64,000 bases of DNA, from NCBI RefSeq assembly GCF_963921235.1, contig NC_086097.1, forward strand, positions 101,062,001 to 101,126,000, in the 5' to 3' direction. The notes beneath the pieces were generated by a model. That model saw only the letters and a program-made list of their open reading frames with translations, did not search any database and had not been told where the DNA came from. The position numbers were made by a program, and so were the translations under genes. Each line of letters begins with the position of its first letter. Positions within the stretch are counted from its first letter, which is position 1. The DNA is from Mobula hypostoma (lineage: Eukaryota). Of this stretch, positions 26,183 through 37,805 are shown in pieces.

Positions 26183-28354
26183 ATGTCCAACCCTTGCCGT
26201 GTCTTCACCATCCCCTCTGACCTTCCCCTCTCTGAGGTAGAACATTCTGTTCTTAGCAAGGGCCTCATTTTTGTCTCCCTCCGTCCACACCTCAGTGAGT
26301 TCCGTGCCCGCCATGACGCTGAACTCTTCTTCCATCACCCACGTCTCCGAGCCTACTTCTTTGGCAAGGATTCCCCTCCCCTTACTGAGGACCCCTTCTC
26401 CCGTCTTCAACCCTTGTCCTCCTCCTCCTGGGCGCCCCACCCGGGCCTTCTGCCTGCACTCGATCTTTTTATCTCCAACTGTCGCCGAGACATCAACCGT
26501 CTCAACTTCACCACTCCTCTCTCCTGTTCCAACCTCATTCCCTCTGAACGCACTGCCCTCCACTCTCTCCGCACTAATCCCAACCTCACCATCAAACCTG
26601 CTGACAAAGGTAGTGTTGCAGTAGTCTGGCGGACGGACCTCTACCTCACTGAGGCCAAACGGCAGCTCTCTGACACCACCTCTTACTTACCCCTGGAACA
26701 GGACCCCACTAAAAAACATCAAACCATTGTCTCCTGTACCATCACCGCCCTTATTTACTCTGGAGACCTTCCATCCTCAGCCACTAAACTCATAATTCCC
26801 ACACACCATACCGCTCGGTTTTACCTCCTCCCCAAGATCCACAAGCCTGACTGTCCTGGTAGCCCCATAGTTTCTGCCTGCTCCTGTCCCACTGAACTTG
26901 TATCTGCCTACCTGGACTCCATTTTGTCACCCATAGTTCAGTCCCTCCCCACCTACATCCGGGATACATCCCATGCCCTCCACCACTTCAATAACTTCCA
27001 GTTCCCCGGTCCGAACCGCTTCATTTTCACTATGGATGTCCAATCCCTATACATCTCCACTCCCCATCAAGAAGGCCTCAAAGCCCTCTGCTACTTTCTG
27101 GATAACAGACCTCACCAGTTCCCCACCACCACTACCCTCCTCCAGTTGGCGGAACTGGTTCTCACACTCAATAACTTCTCTTTTGGCTCTTCCCATTTTC
27201 TTCAGACCAAGGGTGTAGCTATGGGAACTCGCAAGGGCCCTAGCTATACCTGCCTCTTCGTTGGTTATGTGGAACAGTCTGTGCTCCAAACCTATTCTGG
27301 TACTGCTCCCCAACTTTTCCTTCGGTACATTGACGACTACATTGGTGATGCTTCCTGCACCCATGCTGAGCTCATCAATTTCATCGACTTTACTTCTAAC
27401 TTCTACCCAGCCCTCAAATTCACTTGGTCCATCTCGGACACTTCGTTCCCCTTTCTCGATCTCTCGATCTCCATCTCTGGAGACAGACTGTCCACTGACA
27501 TCTTCTACAAGCCCACTGACTCTCATAGCTACCTCAACTATACCTCTTCCCACCCCCCCACATGCAAAAATGCCATTCCCTATTCCCAGTTCCTCCGTCT
27601 CCACTGCATCTGTTCCGAGGATGAGGTTTTCTGTTCCAGGACATCTCAAATGTCCTCTTTCTTTAAGGACCATGGTTTCCCTTCTGCTGTCATCAATGAT
27701 GCCCTCACCCGCATCTCCTCCATTTCCCACACTTCGGCTCTCACCCCATCCTCCCGCCACCACAACAGGGACAGAGTTCCCCTTGTCCTCACCTACCACC
27801 CCACCAGCCTCCGGATCCAGCACATTATCCTCCGCAACTTCCACCACCTTCAACAGGACCCCACCACTAAGCACATCTTTCCCTCTCCACCCCTCTCCGC
27901 TTTCCACAGGGATCGGTCCCTCCCCACGGATCTCCCACCTGGCACTTATCCCTGTAAGCGCAAGTGCTACACCTGTCCCTACACCTCCTCTCTTGCCACC
28001 ATTCAGGGCTCCAAACAGTCCTTCCAGGTGAGGCAACACTTCACTTGTGAGTCTGTTGGGGTCATCTATTGCATCCGGTGCTCCAGGTGCGGCCTCCTCT
28101 ACATCGGTGAAACCCGACGCAGATTGGGGGACCACTTCATCAAGCACCTCTGCTCCGTTCACCAAAACAGACAGGATCTCCCAGTAGCCACCCAGTTCAA
28201 CTCTGTTTCCCACTCCCATTCAGATATGTCCATATATGGCCTCGTCTACCGCCATGATGAGGCTAAACTCAGGTCGGAGGAGCAACACCTCATATACCGT
28301 CTAGGTATTCTCCAGCCCCTTGGTATGAACATAGAATTCTCCAACTTCCAGTAA
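26183..28354 (+). CDS. PLE polyprotein: reverse transcriptase + Cys-rich linker + GIY-YIG endonuclease (723 aa, uninterrupted)
   Basis: KPADKG, YLLPKIHK, FTMDVQSLY, GVAMG, RYIDD, DIFYKPT, CKRKCYTC, VIYCIRCSRCGLLYIGET, GMN motifs. Confidence 0.93.
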   Translation: MSNPCRVFTIPSDLPLSEVEHSVLSKGLIFVSLRPHLSEFRARHDAELFFHHPRLRAYFFGKDSPPLTEDPFSRLQPLSSSSWAPHPGLLPALDLFISNCRRDINRLNFTTPLSCSNLIPSERTALHSLRTNPNLTIKPADKGSVAVVWRTDLYLTEAKRQLSDTTSYLPLEQDPTKKHQTIVSCTITALIYSGDLPSSATKLIIPTHHTARFYLLPKIHKPDCPGSPIVSACSCPTELVSAYLDSILSPIVQSLPTYIRDTSHALHHFNNFQFPGPNRFIFTMDVQSLYISTPHQEGLKALCYFLDNRPHQFPTTTTLLQLAELVLTLNNFSFGSSHFLQTKGVAMGTRKGPSYTCLFVGYVEQSVLQTYSGTAPQLFLRYIDDYIGDASCTHAELINFIDFTSNFYPALKFTWSISDTSFPFLDLSISISGDRLSTDIFYKPTDSHSYLNYTSSHPPTCKNAIPYSQFLRLHCICSEDEVFCSRTSQMSSFFKDHGFPSAVINDALTRISSISHTSALTPSSRHHNRDRVPLVLTYHPTSLRIQHIILRNFHHLQQDPTTKHIFPSPPLSAFHRDRSLPTDLPPGTYPCKRKCYTCPYTSSLATIQGSKQSFQVRQHFTCESVGVIYCIRCSRCGLLYIGETRRRLGDHFIKHLCSVHQNRQDLPVATQFNSVSHSHSDMSIYGLVYRHDEAKLRSEEQHLIYRLGILQPLGMNIEFSNFQ

Positions 28355-28602
28355 TTCCTTCCCCCTCCCTTCCTCTATCCCTATGTCACTCTGCAGCCTC
28401 CCCTAGCTGCCTATCACCTCCCTCATGGTCCCGCCTCCTTCTACTACCCATTGTGTGTTTCCCCTATTCCTTCTTCACCTTTCCTGCCTATCACCTCCCT
28501 GCTTCCCCTCCCCCACCCCGGTTTTTCACCTGGCACCTACCAGCCTTCTCCTTCCCACCCTCCCCCCACCTTCTTTATAGGGCCTCTGCCCCTTCCCTCT
28601 AC

Positions 28603-28638
28603 AATCCTGATGAAGGGTTCCGGCCCGAAACGTCGACC
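28603..28638 (+). ncRNA. Minimal hammerhead motif, weakened stem I
   Basis: AATC-CTGATGA-AGGGTTCCGGCCC-GAAAC-GTC-GACC. Confidence 0.75.
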
Positions 28639-29345
28639 GATCTTTTCCACGGATGCTGCCCGACCTGCTGAGTTCCTCCAGCGTGTTGTGAGTGTTGCTT
28701 TGACCCCAGCATCTGCAGATTATTTTGTCTTTACAATGTTCCTCTAGTATGATATCACAGAAACACAAGACAGACCAAGACTAAAAAAACTGACAAAAAC
28801 CACATAATTATAACATATAGTTACAACAGTGCAAAGCAATACCGTAATTTGATAAAGACAGACCATGGGCATGGTAAAAAAAAAGTCTCAAAGTCTCGAA
28901 AGTCCCATCATCTCATGCAGACAGTAGAAGGAAGAAAACTCTCCCTGCCATGAACCTCCAGCGCCGCAAACTTGTCGATGCAGCACCCTGGAAGCATCTG
29001 ACCACAGCCGACTCTTGAGTCAGTCTGAAAACTTCGAGCCTCCGACCAGCCCTCCAACACCGAGCACCGAGCACCATCTCTGCCGAGTGCTTTGACCCCG
29101 GCCCCGGCCACCAAGCCACAGGCAAAGCCGAGGATTCGGGGCCTTCCCCTCCGGAGATTCTTGATCGCACAGTAGCAGCGGCAGCGAAGCGGGCATTTCA
29201 GAAGTTTCTCCAGATGTTCCTCCGTGCTTCTCACGTCTGTCTCCATCAAATCAGGATTGTGCACGGCATCCTACTTGACAAATACAGATATCATTCACCG
29301 GAGAGGCCACCCATGCTGCATCGTGCTGCCATCTTCTCCTCCTCC

Positions 29346-30130
29346 TTTTGTGTAATCTGGAAACTTTCTAATCAGATCATCTACAGTTTTGACCAAAATA
29401 ACTTCCAAACACTAATCCTGGTGGAACACCACTGGTTACAGTCCTCCAGTCAGGCTAACCCTCCAACACTAACTATCTTAATCTTCTGGATCACCCCATC
29501 ATTAGAGACCTGTCACATGCCCTACTAAAGTCTGCACAGACAACAACCATTACCTTACAATCATCTTCATCACCTCCTGAAATAACTCAATCACGTTCAC
29601 AAGACATGATCAGCCTCATATAAAGCCATGTTGTCACTATTAAACACATGCTTTTCCATGTAAGTAAATCCCATGTCTGAGAATCCTTTAAAATGGTTAC
29701 CATACCATTGATGTAAGGTTCACCAATTTATAATTTGCTGGATTATCTAAACAAAGAATCAACATTGACTACTTGAGTCCTCTGGAAACTCATCAACGCT
29801 CCAGTAATCTCCTTTCTTGATTCTCTGAATAACCTGGAACAGACCCCATCAGGCCCTGGGCCTTGATCCGTCTTAACATTCTTCAATAGATCCTTCTCCT
29901 TGATATCAACATACTCTAGAATATCAGCATACACCAAAATGATCTTACTACCCTCCAGGCCAGCCCTTCTCCTTGATGAATACCAATACAAACCAGTAAT
30001 TTAGTACCACACGTGCTTCCTCTGGCTTCAGGCACAATTTCCTACTTTAGCCTTGAATGGTCCTACCCTCTCTAGCTACCCTTTGTTCTTCCTCCATGCA
30101 TAACATGTCTCGCTTATTCCTTAATCCTCT
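29346..30130 (-). mobile_element. Old CR1 fragment
   Basis: ORF 29743-29991 carries GPGPDGVCSRLFRE, the CR1 pre-RT motif. Confidence 0.65.
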
Positions 30131-30375
30131 TGTCCAGGACACTACCTTTTAAATCTGTACTCATAAAACATTCACAAACAGAATTTTTCCACTTAAAAGG
30201 TTAAATTAAATGAAATCCAATTGCATTATATTTAATTTAATCTTTTCTTTTAATTTCACCCTCCTTTCAAAAATATGCATCTTATTCAATACCATTTTAA
30301 ATGACATACACCCCATATCGTGTAAAAATCATTGTAATTGATTATGAAATCACAATACATAGGTATTACCATCAG

Positions 30376-30836
30376 CTTCAAGGTAAGCACAGCCCAGCAC
30401 ATCACACAAACCAATCTTCCATCCTTGGACGCACTTAACACCGCACGCTGTTGGAGCAGTGCTGCCAGGATAATCAAGGACACGATCCACCCAGCCAACA
30501 CACTTTTTGTCCCTCTTCCCTCCAGGAGAAGGCTCAGGAGCTTGAAGACTCATACGGCCAGATTTGGGAACAGCTTCTTTCCAACTGTGATAAGACTGCT
30601 GAACGGATCCTGACCCAGATCTGGGCCGTACCCTCCAAATATCTGGACCCGCCTCTCAGTTTCTTTTGCACTACCTTACTTTCCATTTTCTATTTATGAT
30701 CTATAATTTAAATTTTTAATATTTACTATCGATTTGTACTCCAGGGAGCATGAAGAGCAGAATCAAATATCGCTGTGATGATTGTACGCTCTAGTATCAA
30801 TTGTTCGGCGACAATAAAATATAAAGTATAAAGTAT
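30376..30836 (+). mobile_element. Rex1/Babar-like LINE 3' fragment
   Basis: ARIIKDTIHPANTLFVPLPSRRRLRSLKTHTARFGNSFFPTVIRLLN; AATAAA followed by a TAAAGTA repeat tail. Confidence 0.8.
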
Positions 30837-30947
30837 CAGATCATGTTACTGGAGGTTCAGAAATATAATCTTGTTTTAATAATTTTCAACCCACAGAAAC
30901 CTCAAAAAAATCTCCAGAATCATTGAGGTGTAAACCAATTTACATAC

Positions 30948-30984
30948 CATGTATTAAATCACCAACAGACAACCCCATCCAAAG
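30948..30984 (-). CDS. Candidate 37-nt exon: LWMGLSVGDLIH
   Basis: Acceptor ctattgctttgctaatag, donor ATG|gtatgt; only one frame open (phase 0 to 1), bridging the 39- and 55-nt exons. Confidence 0.55.
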
Positions 30985-31339
30985 CTATTAGCAAAGCAAT
31001 AGCTATGTAGACACTAAAAAACTCCAAAATAGTTCAGACACATGACCTTTTATCTCAATTTTTCACTTTTTTGCTTTTCTCACCACAGATGTTGCCTGGC
31101 TTGATGAGCACTCCCAAATTCTCTGATCTATTTCAGATTTCCAAAATGTAGTATTTTACTTTCCAAACAACCAGCCAGCGGCTCTATAAGAGCACAGTTT
31201 TATATACTTCAACACAGCTGGAGAAGTTGGGATTACTTTAGAAAGAAATGGGGGATAAAAGATATTACAAATGGATTGGCACAATTTTTCAAATATATCA
31301 TGGAAAAATAATTGTGATACAGTATTTCTGCACACTTAC

Positions 31340-31378
31340 CATAATTTCACTATATTCATGTATCCTTTCAATTTCTCC
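31340..31378 (-). CDS. Candidate 39-nt exon: GEIERIHEYSEIM
   Basis: Acceptor atttgtccttgcag, donor ATG|gtaagt; phase 0 to 0. Confidence 0.65.
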
Positions 31379-32644
31379 CTGCAAGGACAAATTTTAAAAT
31401 TAACCATCATACATCTCAAAAATTGTAAATGAATTACTCCACAGAAAAAGCACATAGGCAAAAGTATGAGAAAGCATACTTAAAACTACATCTTCCTCTT
31501 TAAACAGACTGCAGAAGACTAGGTAGCCTATAATATCCAAACAATTGTACAAGTAATACTATAAAACTGTGAAGATCACACACAACCAGAGCCCCTGCTT
31601 AGAGGCCAAAATGTACAGGAAATACAAGAACATGGTGGGTTGCAGATTTTCTTTTAAAAACATTGATGCAGAGGAAAAAATAGTTTTGAATATGCATTTA
31701 TACAGGGATGAAAGTAATACTATTAAAAGGAGATTTTTTCCCCTTTTTTTAAAAAAACATCAGAGAGATACAACCCAGAAAAAAGGCCCTTCGGTCCATC
31801 GTCCATACCAACCATCAATCAGATATTTACACGAATCAGACATTAATTCCACATTTTATTCTCACCAAATTATACCAATTACCAAACCACACATATCTGG
31901 TTTGTTCATCCTGCGGCATGTGGGAAATCAGGGATACTTCCAGTGTCCCTGACGACTGTGTGTACAGGAAATGTGTCCAGCTGCAATTTCTGGCAGACCG
32001 CATTGAGCGGTTGGAGCTGCGAATGAATTCATACCGGAGCATCCGCGATGCTGAGAAAGTCGTGAATAGCACGTTCAGTGAGTTGGCCACACCGCAGGTA
32101 AAGGTTACACAGGCAGAAAGGGAATGGGTGCCACTAAACAGCGTAGCAGTAGGCAGCTAGTGCAGGAGTCCCCTGAGGTCTTCTCCCTCCTAAACAGATA
32201 TACTGTTTTGGATACTGTTGGGGGAGATGTCTCAACCGGGGAAGGCAGCAGCAGCCGAGTTCACGGCACCATGGGTGGCTCTGCGGCACAGGAGGGAAGG
32301 AAAAGGAGTGGGAGAGCTATAGTAATAGGGGATTCAATTGTAAGGGGAATAGATAGGCGTTTCTGCGGCCACAAACGAGACTCCAGGAGGGTATGTTGCC
32401 TCCCTGGTGCAAAGGTCAAGGATATCTCTGAGGGGCTGCAGGACATTCTGGAGTGGGAGGGTGCACAGCCAGTGGTCGTGGTGCACATAGGTACCAACGA
32501 TATGGGAAAAAATGGGATGAGGTCCTACAAGGTGAATTCAGGGAGTTAGGAGATAAACTAAAAAGTAGGACCACAAAGGTAAAAATCTCTGGATTACTAC
32601 CAGTGCCACATGCTAGTCAGAGTAGAAATAGGAGGATATATCAG

Positions 32645-32832
32645 TGGCCATCAAACTTTACAACTCCTCCCTTGAAGGGTCAGACACCCTGAGCCAATAG
32701 GCTGGTCCTGGACTTACTCCTGGCATAATTTACATATTACTATTTAACTATTTATGGTTTTATTACTATTTATTACTTATGGTGCAACTGTCACAAAAAC
32801 CAATTTCCCCCCGGATCAATAAAGTATGACTA
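32645..32832 (+). mobile_element. Short Rex1/Babar-like 3' end inserted in CR1 ORF1
   Basis: VAIKLYNS remnant, AT-rich UTR, GGATCAATAAAGTATGACTATGA tail; CR1 ORF1 resumes afterwards. Confidence 0.6.
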
Positions 32833-35800
32833 TGAATACGTGGCTTGAAAAATGGCGCAAGGGGGAGGGATTCACTAAGGGGCAGAAAACGCTGGTGGGA
32901 GTTGTGTACAGGATACCTAACAGTAGTAGTGAGGTTGGGGATGGCATTAAACAGGAAATTAGAAATGCATCCAATAAAGGAACAGCAGTTATAATGGGTG
33001 ACTTCAATCTACATATAGATTGGGTGAACCAAATTGGTAAGGGTGCTGAGGAAGAGGATTTCTTGGAATGTATGCGGGATGGTTTTCTGAACCAACATAT
33101 CGAGGAACCAACTAGAGAGCAGGCCATTCTAGATGGGATATTGAGCAATGAGGAAGGGTTAATTAGCAATCTTGTTGTGAGAGGCCCCTTGGGTAAGAGT
33201 GACCATAATATGGTGGAATTCTTCATTAAGATGGAGAGTGACACAGTTAATTCAGAAACAAAGGTTCTGAACTTAAAGAATGGTAACTTTGAAGGTACGA
33301 AACGTGAATTAGCTAAGATAGACTGGCAAATGATACTTAAAGGGTTGACGGTGGATATGCAATGGCAAGCATTTAAAGATCGCATGGATGAATTACAATA
33401 ACTGTTCATCCCAGTTTGGCAAAAGAATAAACCAGGGAAGGTAGTGCACCCATGGCTGACAAGGGAAATTAGGGATAGTATCAATTCCAAAGAAGAAGCA
33501 TACAAATTAGCCAAAAAAAGCCGCTCACCTGAGGACTGGGAGAAATTCAGAGTCCAGCAGAGGAGGACAAAGGGCTTAATTAGACAATAGACAATAGATG
33601 CAGGAGTAGGCCATTCAGCCCTTCGAGCCAGCATCGCCATTCACTGTGATCATGGCTCGTAATCCACAATCAGTATCCAGTTCCTGCCTTATCCCCATAA
33701 CCTTTGATTCCGCTATCTTTAAGGGCTCTATCCATCTCTTTCTTGAAAGCATCCAAGAGACTTGGCCTCCACAGCCTTCTGGGGCAGAGCATTCCATCCA
33801 TCCACCACTCTCTGGGTGAAAAAGTTTTTCCTCAACTCCGTTCTAAATGGCCTACCCCTTATTCTTAAACTGTGGCCTCTGGTTTTGGACTCACCCATCA
33901 GCGGGAACATGCTTCCTGCCTCCAGCGTGTCCAATCCCTTAATAATCTTATATGTTTCAATAAGATCCCCTCTCAGCCTTCTGAATTCCAGAGTATACAA
34001 GCCCAGTCGCTCCAATCTTTCGACATATGACAGTCCTGCCATACCGGGAATTAACCTTATGAACCTACTCAATAGCAAGAATGTCCTTCCTCAAATTTGG
34101 AGACCAAAACTGTACACAGTACTCCAGGTGTGGTCTCACCAGGGCCCTGTACAGCTGCAGAAGGACCTCTTTGCTCTTATAACCAATTCCCCTTGTTATG
34201 AAGGCCAGCATGCCATTAGCTTTCTTCACAGCCTGCTGTACTTGCATGCTTGCTTTCAGTGACTGATGTACAAGAACACCAAGATCTCGTTATACTTCCC
34301 CTTTTCCTAACTTGACACCATTTAGATAATAATATGCCTTCCTGTTCTTACCACCAAAGTGGATAACCTCACATTTATCCACATTAAACTGCATCTGCCA
34401 TGCATCTGCCCACTCACCCAGCCTGTCCAAGTCACCCTGCATTCTCACAACATCCTCCTCACATTTCACACTGCCACCCAGCTTTGTGTCATCGGCAAAT
34501 TTGTTAATGTTACTTTTAATTCCCTCATCTAAATCATTAATATATATTGTAAACAGCTGCGGTCCCAGCACTGAACCCTGCAGTACCCCACTGGTCACCG
34601 CCTGCCATTCCGAAAGGGACTCATTAATCGCTACTCTTTGTTTTCTGTCAGCCAGCCAATTTTCTATCCATGTCAGTACTCTGCCCCCAATACCATGTGC
34701 CCTAATTTTGCCCACTAATCTCCTATGTGGGACTTTATCAAAGGCTTTCTGAAAGACAAGGTACACTACATCCACTGGCTCTCCCTTGTCCATTTTCATA
34801 GTTACATCCTCAAAAAATTCCAGAAGATTAGTCAAGCACGATTTCCCCTTCGTAAATCCATGCTGATTCGGACTGATCCTGCTACTGCTATCCAGATGTG
34901 TCGTAATTTCATCTTTTATAATTGACTCCAGCATCTCTCCCACCACAGTCAGGCTAACTGGTCTATAATTCCCTGTTTTCTCTCTTCCTCCCTTCTTGAA
35001 CAGAGGGACAACATTAGCCACCCTCCAATCCACAGGAACTAATCGTGAATCTATAGAACATTGGAAAATGATTAAGATCATTAGGTCCCGGGGACTTATC
35101 AGCCTTCAGACCCAACAGACTATCCAACACCATTTCCTGCCTAATATAAATTTCCTTCAGTTCATCCATTACCCTTGGTCCTTTGGCCACTATTATATCT
35201 GGCAGATTGTTTGTGTCTTCCCTAGTGAAGATAGATCCAAAGTACCTGTTCAACTCATCTGCCATTTCCTTGTTCCCCATAATAAATTCACCCATTTCTG
35301 TCTTCAAGGGCCCAATTTTGGTCTTAACTATCTTTTTCCTTTTCACATACCTAAAGAAGCTTTTACTATCCTCCTTCATACTCTTGGCTAGTTTACCTTT
35401 GTACCTCATTTTTTCTCTGCGTATTGCCTTTTTAGTTACCTTCTGTTGCTCTTTCAAAATTTCCCAATCCTCCAGCTTTCCACTCGTCTTTGCTATGTTA
35501 TACTTCTCTTTTATTTTTATACTGTCCATTACTTCCCTTGTTAGCTACATCCTCCCCTTACTCCCCTTAGGATCTTTCTTCCTCTTTGGAACGAACTGAT
35601 CCTGCACCTTCCTCATTATTCCCAGAAACACTTGCCATTGCTGTTCCTCTGTCATCCCTGCTAGGGTATTGTTCCATTGAACTCTGGCCAGCTCCTCCCT
35701 CATAGCACCATTGTTCCCTTTATTCAACTGTAATACTGACACTTCTGAGTTTCCCTTCTCCCTCTCAAATTGTAGATTAAAACTTATCATATTATGGTCA

Positions 35801-36572
35801 CTACCTCCTAATGGCTCCTTTACCTCGAGGTCCCTGATCAAATCCAGTTCATTGCACAACACTAAATCTAGAATTGCATTCTCTCTGGTAGGCTCCAGTA
35901 CAAGCTGTTCTAAGAATCCATCTCGGAGGGACTCCACAAACTCCCTTTCTTGGGGTCCAGTACCAACCTGATTTTCCAAGTCTACCTGCATGTTGAAATC
36001 CCCCATAACAACCGTAGAATTACCTTTGCGACATGCCAATTTTAACTCTTGATTTAACTTGCACCCTATATCCAGGCTACTGTTTGGGGGCCTGTAGATA
36101 ACTCCTACCCTTAGAATTTCTCAGTTCTATCCATACTGACTCTACGTCTCCTGATTCTATGTCCCCCCTCGCAAAGGACTGAATATCATTCCTCACTAAC
36201 AGAGCCACCCCACCCCCTCTGCCCATCAGTCTGTCCTTTCGATAGGACGTATACCCTTGAATATTCATTTCCCAGGCCCTGTCCGCTTGAAGCCATGTCT
36301 CTGTTATTCCCACAACATCATACTTACCAATTTCCAACTGTGCCTCAAACTCATCCACTTTATTTCTGATACTCCGTGCATCCATATACAATACTTTTAA
36401 TTCATTACTCCCCTCACCTCCCATATCAATTCCTATTTCACTTGGCCATACTGGATGATCCCTTCTTGAGCTTTCTGCTCTGTTGATTCTGCTGTCTTTC
36501 TTAACTTTTCTTATTCTCACTTTCCCTTTAACTCCATCCTTACATTTCCAGTTCGTCCCCTCCCCCCACTAC

Positions 36573-37511
36573 TTAGTTTAAACACACCCGTGTTGCAGAG
36601 GCAAACCTGCCTGCCAGAATGCTGGTGCCCCACTTATTAAGGTGCAACCCGTCCCTTTTGTACAATTCATCCTTACCCCGAAACATACCCCAATGGTCCA
36701 GGAATGTAAATCCTTGCTTCCTGCACCAGTTCCTCAGCCACACATTCAGATCCATTATCTCCTTGTTCTTGCCCACTTCAGCATGAGGAACTGGAAGCAA
36801 ACCAGAGATAACCACCCTGGAAGTCCTGCTTTTCAGCCTTCTTCCGAGTTTTCTGAAGTCACGCTGTAGAATGTCCTTCCTCTTCTTCCCCACAAGATTT
36901 GTGCTGACATGCACCACCACTTCCGGATGTTCCCCTTCACTGTTCAGGATTCCCTGCAATCGGTCCGTGACATCCTGGATCCCGGCACCAGGGAGGCAAC
37001 ACACCATCCTCAAATCTCGCCTGTTGCCACAGAAACCCCTTTCTGTACCTCTCACTATGGAGTCCCCTACAACCACGGCTCTGCCTGACGTCTGTCTCCT
37101 CGGCTTTGCTTCAGCGCCAATTGTTGACTCACAGACCCGACCGCCTCTCAGGCTGGCATCATCTTCTGTCCCGACAGCTTCCAAGAGGGTGAACCTGTTT
37201 ACAAGAGGCACATCCCCCAGGGTCTCCTGTACTTCAAGCATCCTTTCCTTCCTCGCCTCCCTTATCTCTTCCGGTATCCTCGGTATAATGACCTCACTGT
37301 AGGTCCTGTCCAAAAAACTCTCGTTTTCCCGGATGAACCTAAGGTCATCCAGTTGCCTCTCCAGTGCTGCAACACGGTCCTTCAGAAGCTGAAACTGGAC
37401 ACATTTTCTACGGGTGTAGGAGCCAGAGGCACTATCAGTGTCCCTGACCTCCCACTTCATGCACGCAGCACATTGAATCAGCCTAGCGGTCATCTCTTCA
37501 CCACTTCTCAC
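36573..37511 (-). CDS. CR1 ORF1 protein: zinc finger/coiled coil + SGNH esterase (312 aa)
   Basis: CAAC N-terminus, GDSIVRG block I, HVSTN (degenerate GTND), DGLHL block V. Confidence 0.9.
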   Translation of the reverse strand: MRSGEEMTARLIQCAACMKWEVRDTDSASGSYTRRKCVQFQLLKDRVAALERQLDDLRFIRENESFLDRTYSEVIIPRIPEEIREARKERMLEVQETLGDVPLVNRFTLLEAVGTEDDASLRGGRVCESTIGAEAKPRRQTSGRAVVVGDSIVRGTERGFCGNRRDLRMVCCLPGAGIQDVTDRLQGILNSEGEHPEVVVHVSTNLVGKKRKDILQRDFRKLGRRLKSRTSRVVISGLLPVPHAEVGKNKEIMDLNVWLRNWCRKQGFTFLDHWGMFRGKDELYKRDGLHLNKWGTSILAGRFASATRVCLN

Positions 37512-37664
37512 CCTCTCTAACTGTGGCGTAGTCTCCTCTCTCAGCCTCCTTGCGAAGACTCTCGAGGGGTCCTCACTTGGAGTGAAGCTCGTCCTCAGCC
37601 TCTCGAGCCAAAGCCTTCCTACTCTGTCTCCCTCTGTCTCCCTCTACTCCATCGCCCGCTCCGT

Positions 37665-37805
37665 CAAACTGCTCTCTTTTAAATACTCCCACTGACTCAC
37701 AGACTGACTTGCACGCACTTATGCAGTCCTATCCCAATCAACCGCCAAGAAAAATGGCTGACTTCCACAAACTGCTCTCTTTTAAATACTCCCGCTGACT
37801 CACAG
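37665..37805 (-). promoter_or_regulatory. Duplicated 38-bp module at the CR1 5' end (AP-1-like + TATA-like)
   Basis: 37665-37702 and 37768-37805 are 37/38 identical; minus strand reads TGAGTCA-N6-TATTTAAAA with ATTGG between the copies. Promoter function is inferred. Confidence 0.55.

Larger units (their letters stand above)
26072..28731 (+). mobile_element. Penelope-like element (probably Neptune-type) with 13-bp TSD
   Basis: TACAATGTTCCTC at 26059-26071 and 28732-28744; long RT+GIY-YIG ORF; 3' hammerhead motif. Confidence 0.96.
25987..29345 (-). mobile_element. Non-coding retroposon (about 690 bp) interrupted by the PLE
   Basis: Minus strand starts GGAGAAGATGGCAGC and ends with hairpin GAGGAC-TGCGT-GTCCTC plus (TAATC)n tail; the halves rejoin across the PLE TSD. 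Confidence 0.6.
33582..37805 (-). mobile_element. Full-length CR1 LINE (5'UTR, intact ORF1, broken ORF2)
   Basis: ORF1 36573-37511, APE 35545-36520, RT 34290-35081 (KFADD), C-terminus 33728-34247, (CTATTGT)2 tail. Confidence 0.96.

Noticed and set aside
27047..28219. 390-aa minus-strand ORF and 256-aa Ser/Pro/Thr-rich alternate-frame ORF (27261-28031)
   Set aside because: Shadows of the C-rich PLE ORF; low complexity and no motifs.
23349..30984. Resemblance of GLSVGDLIHDNLYNFCCP to an AOAH segment, and of FCCPITG to U-box/RING motifs
   Set aside because: From memory only; short, and flanking residues do not match, so no gene symbol is assigned.
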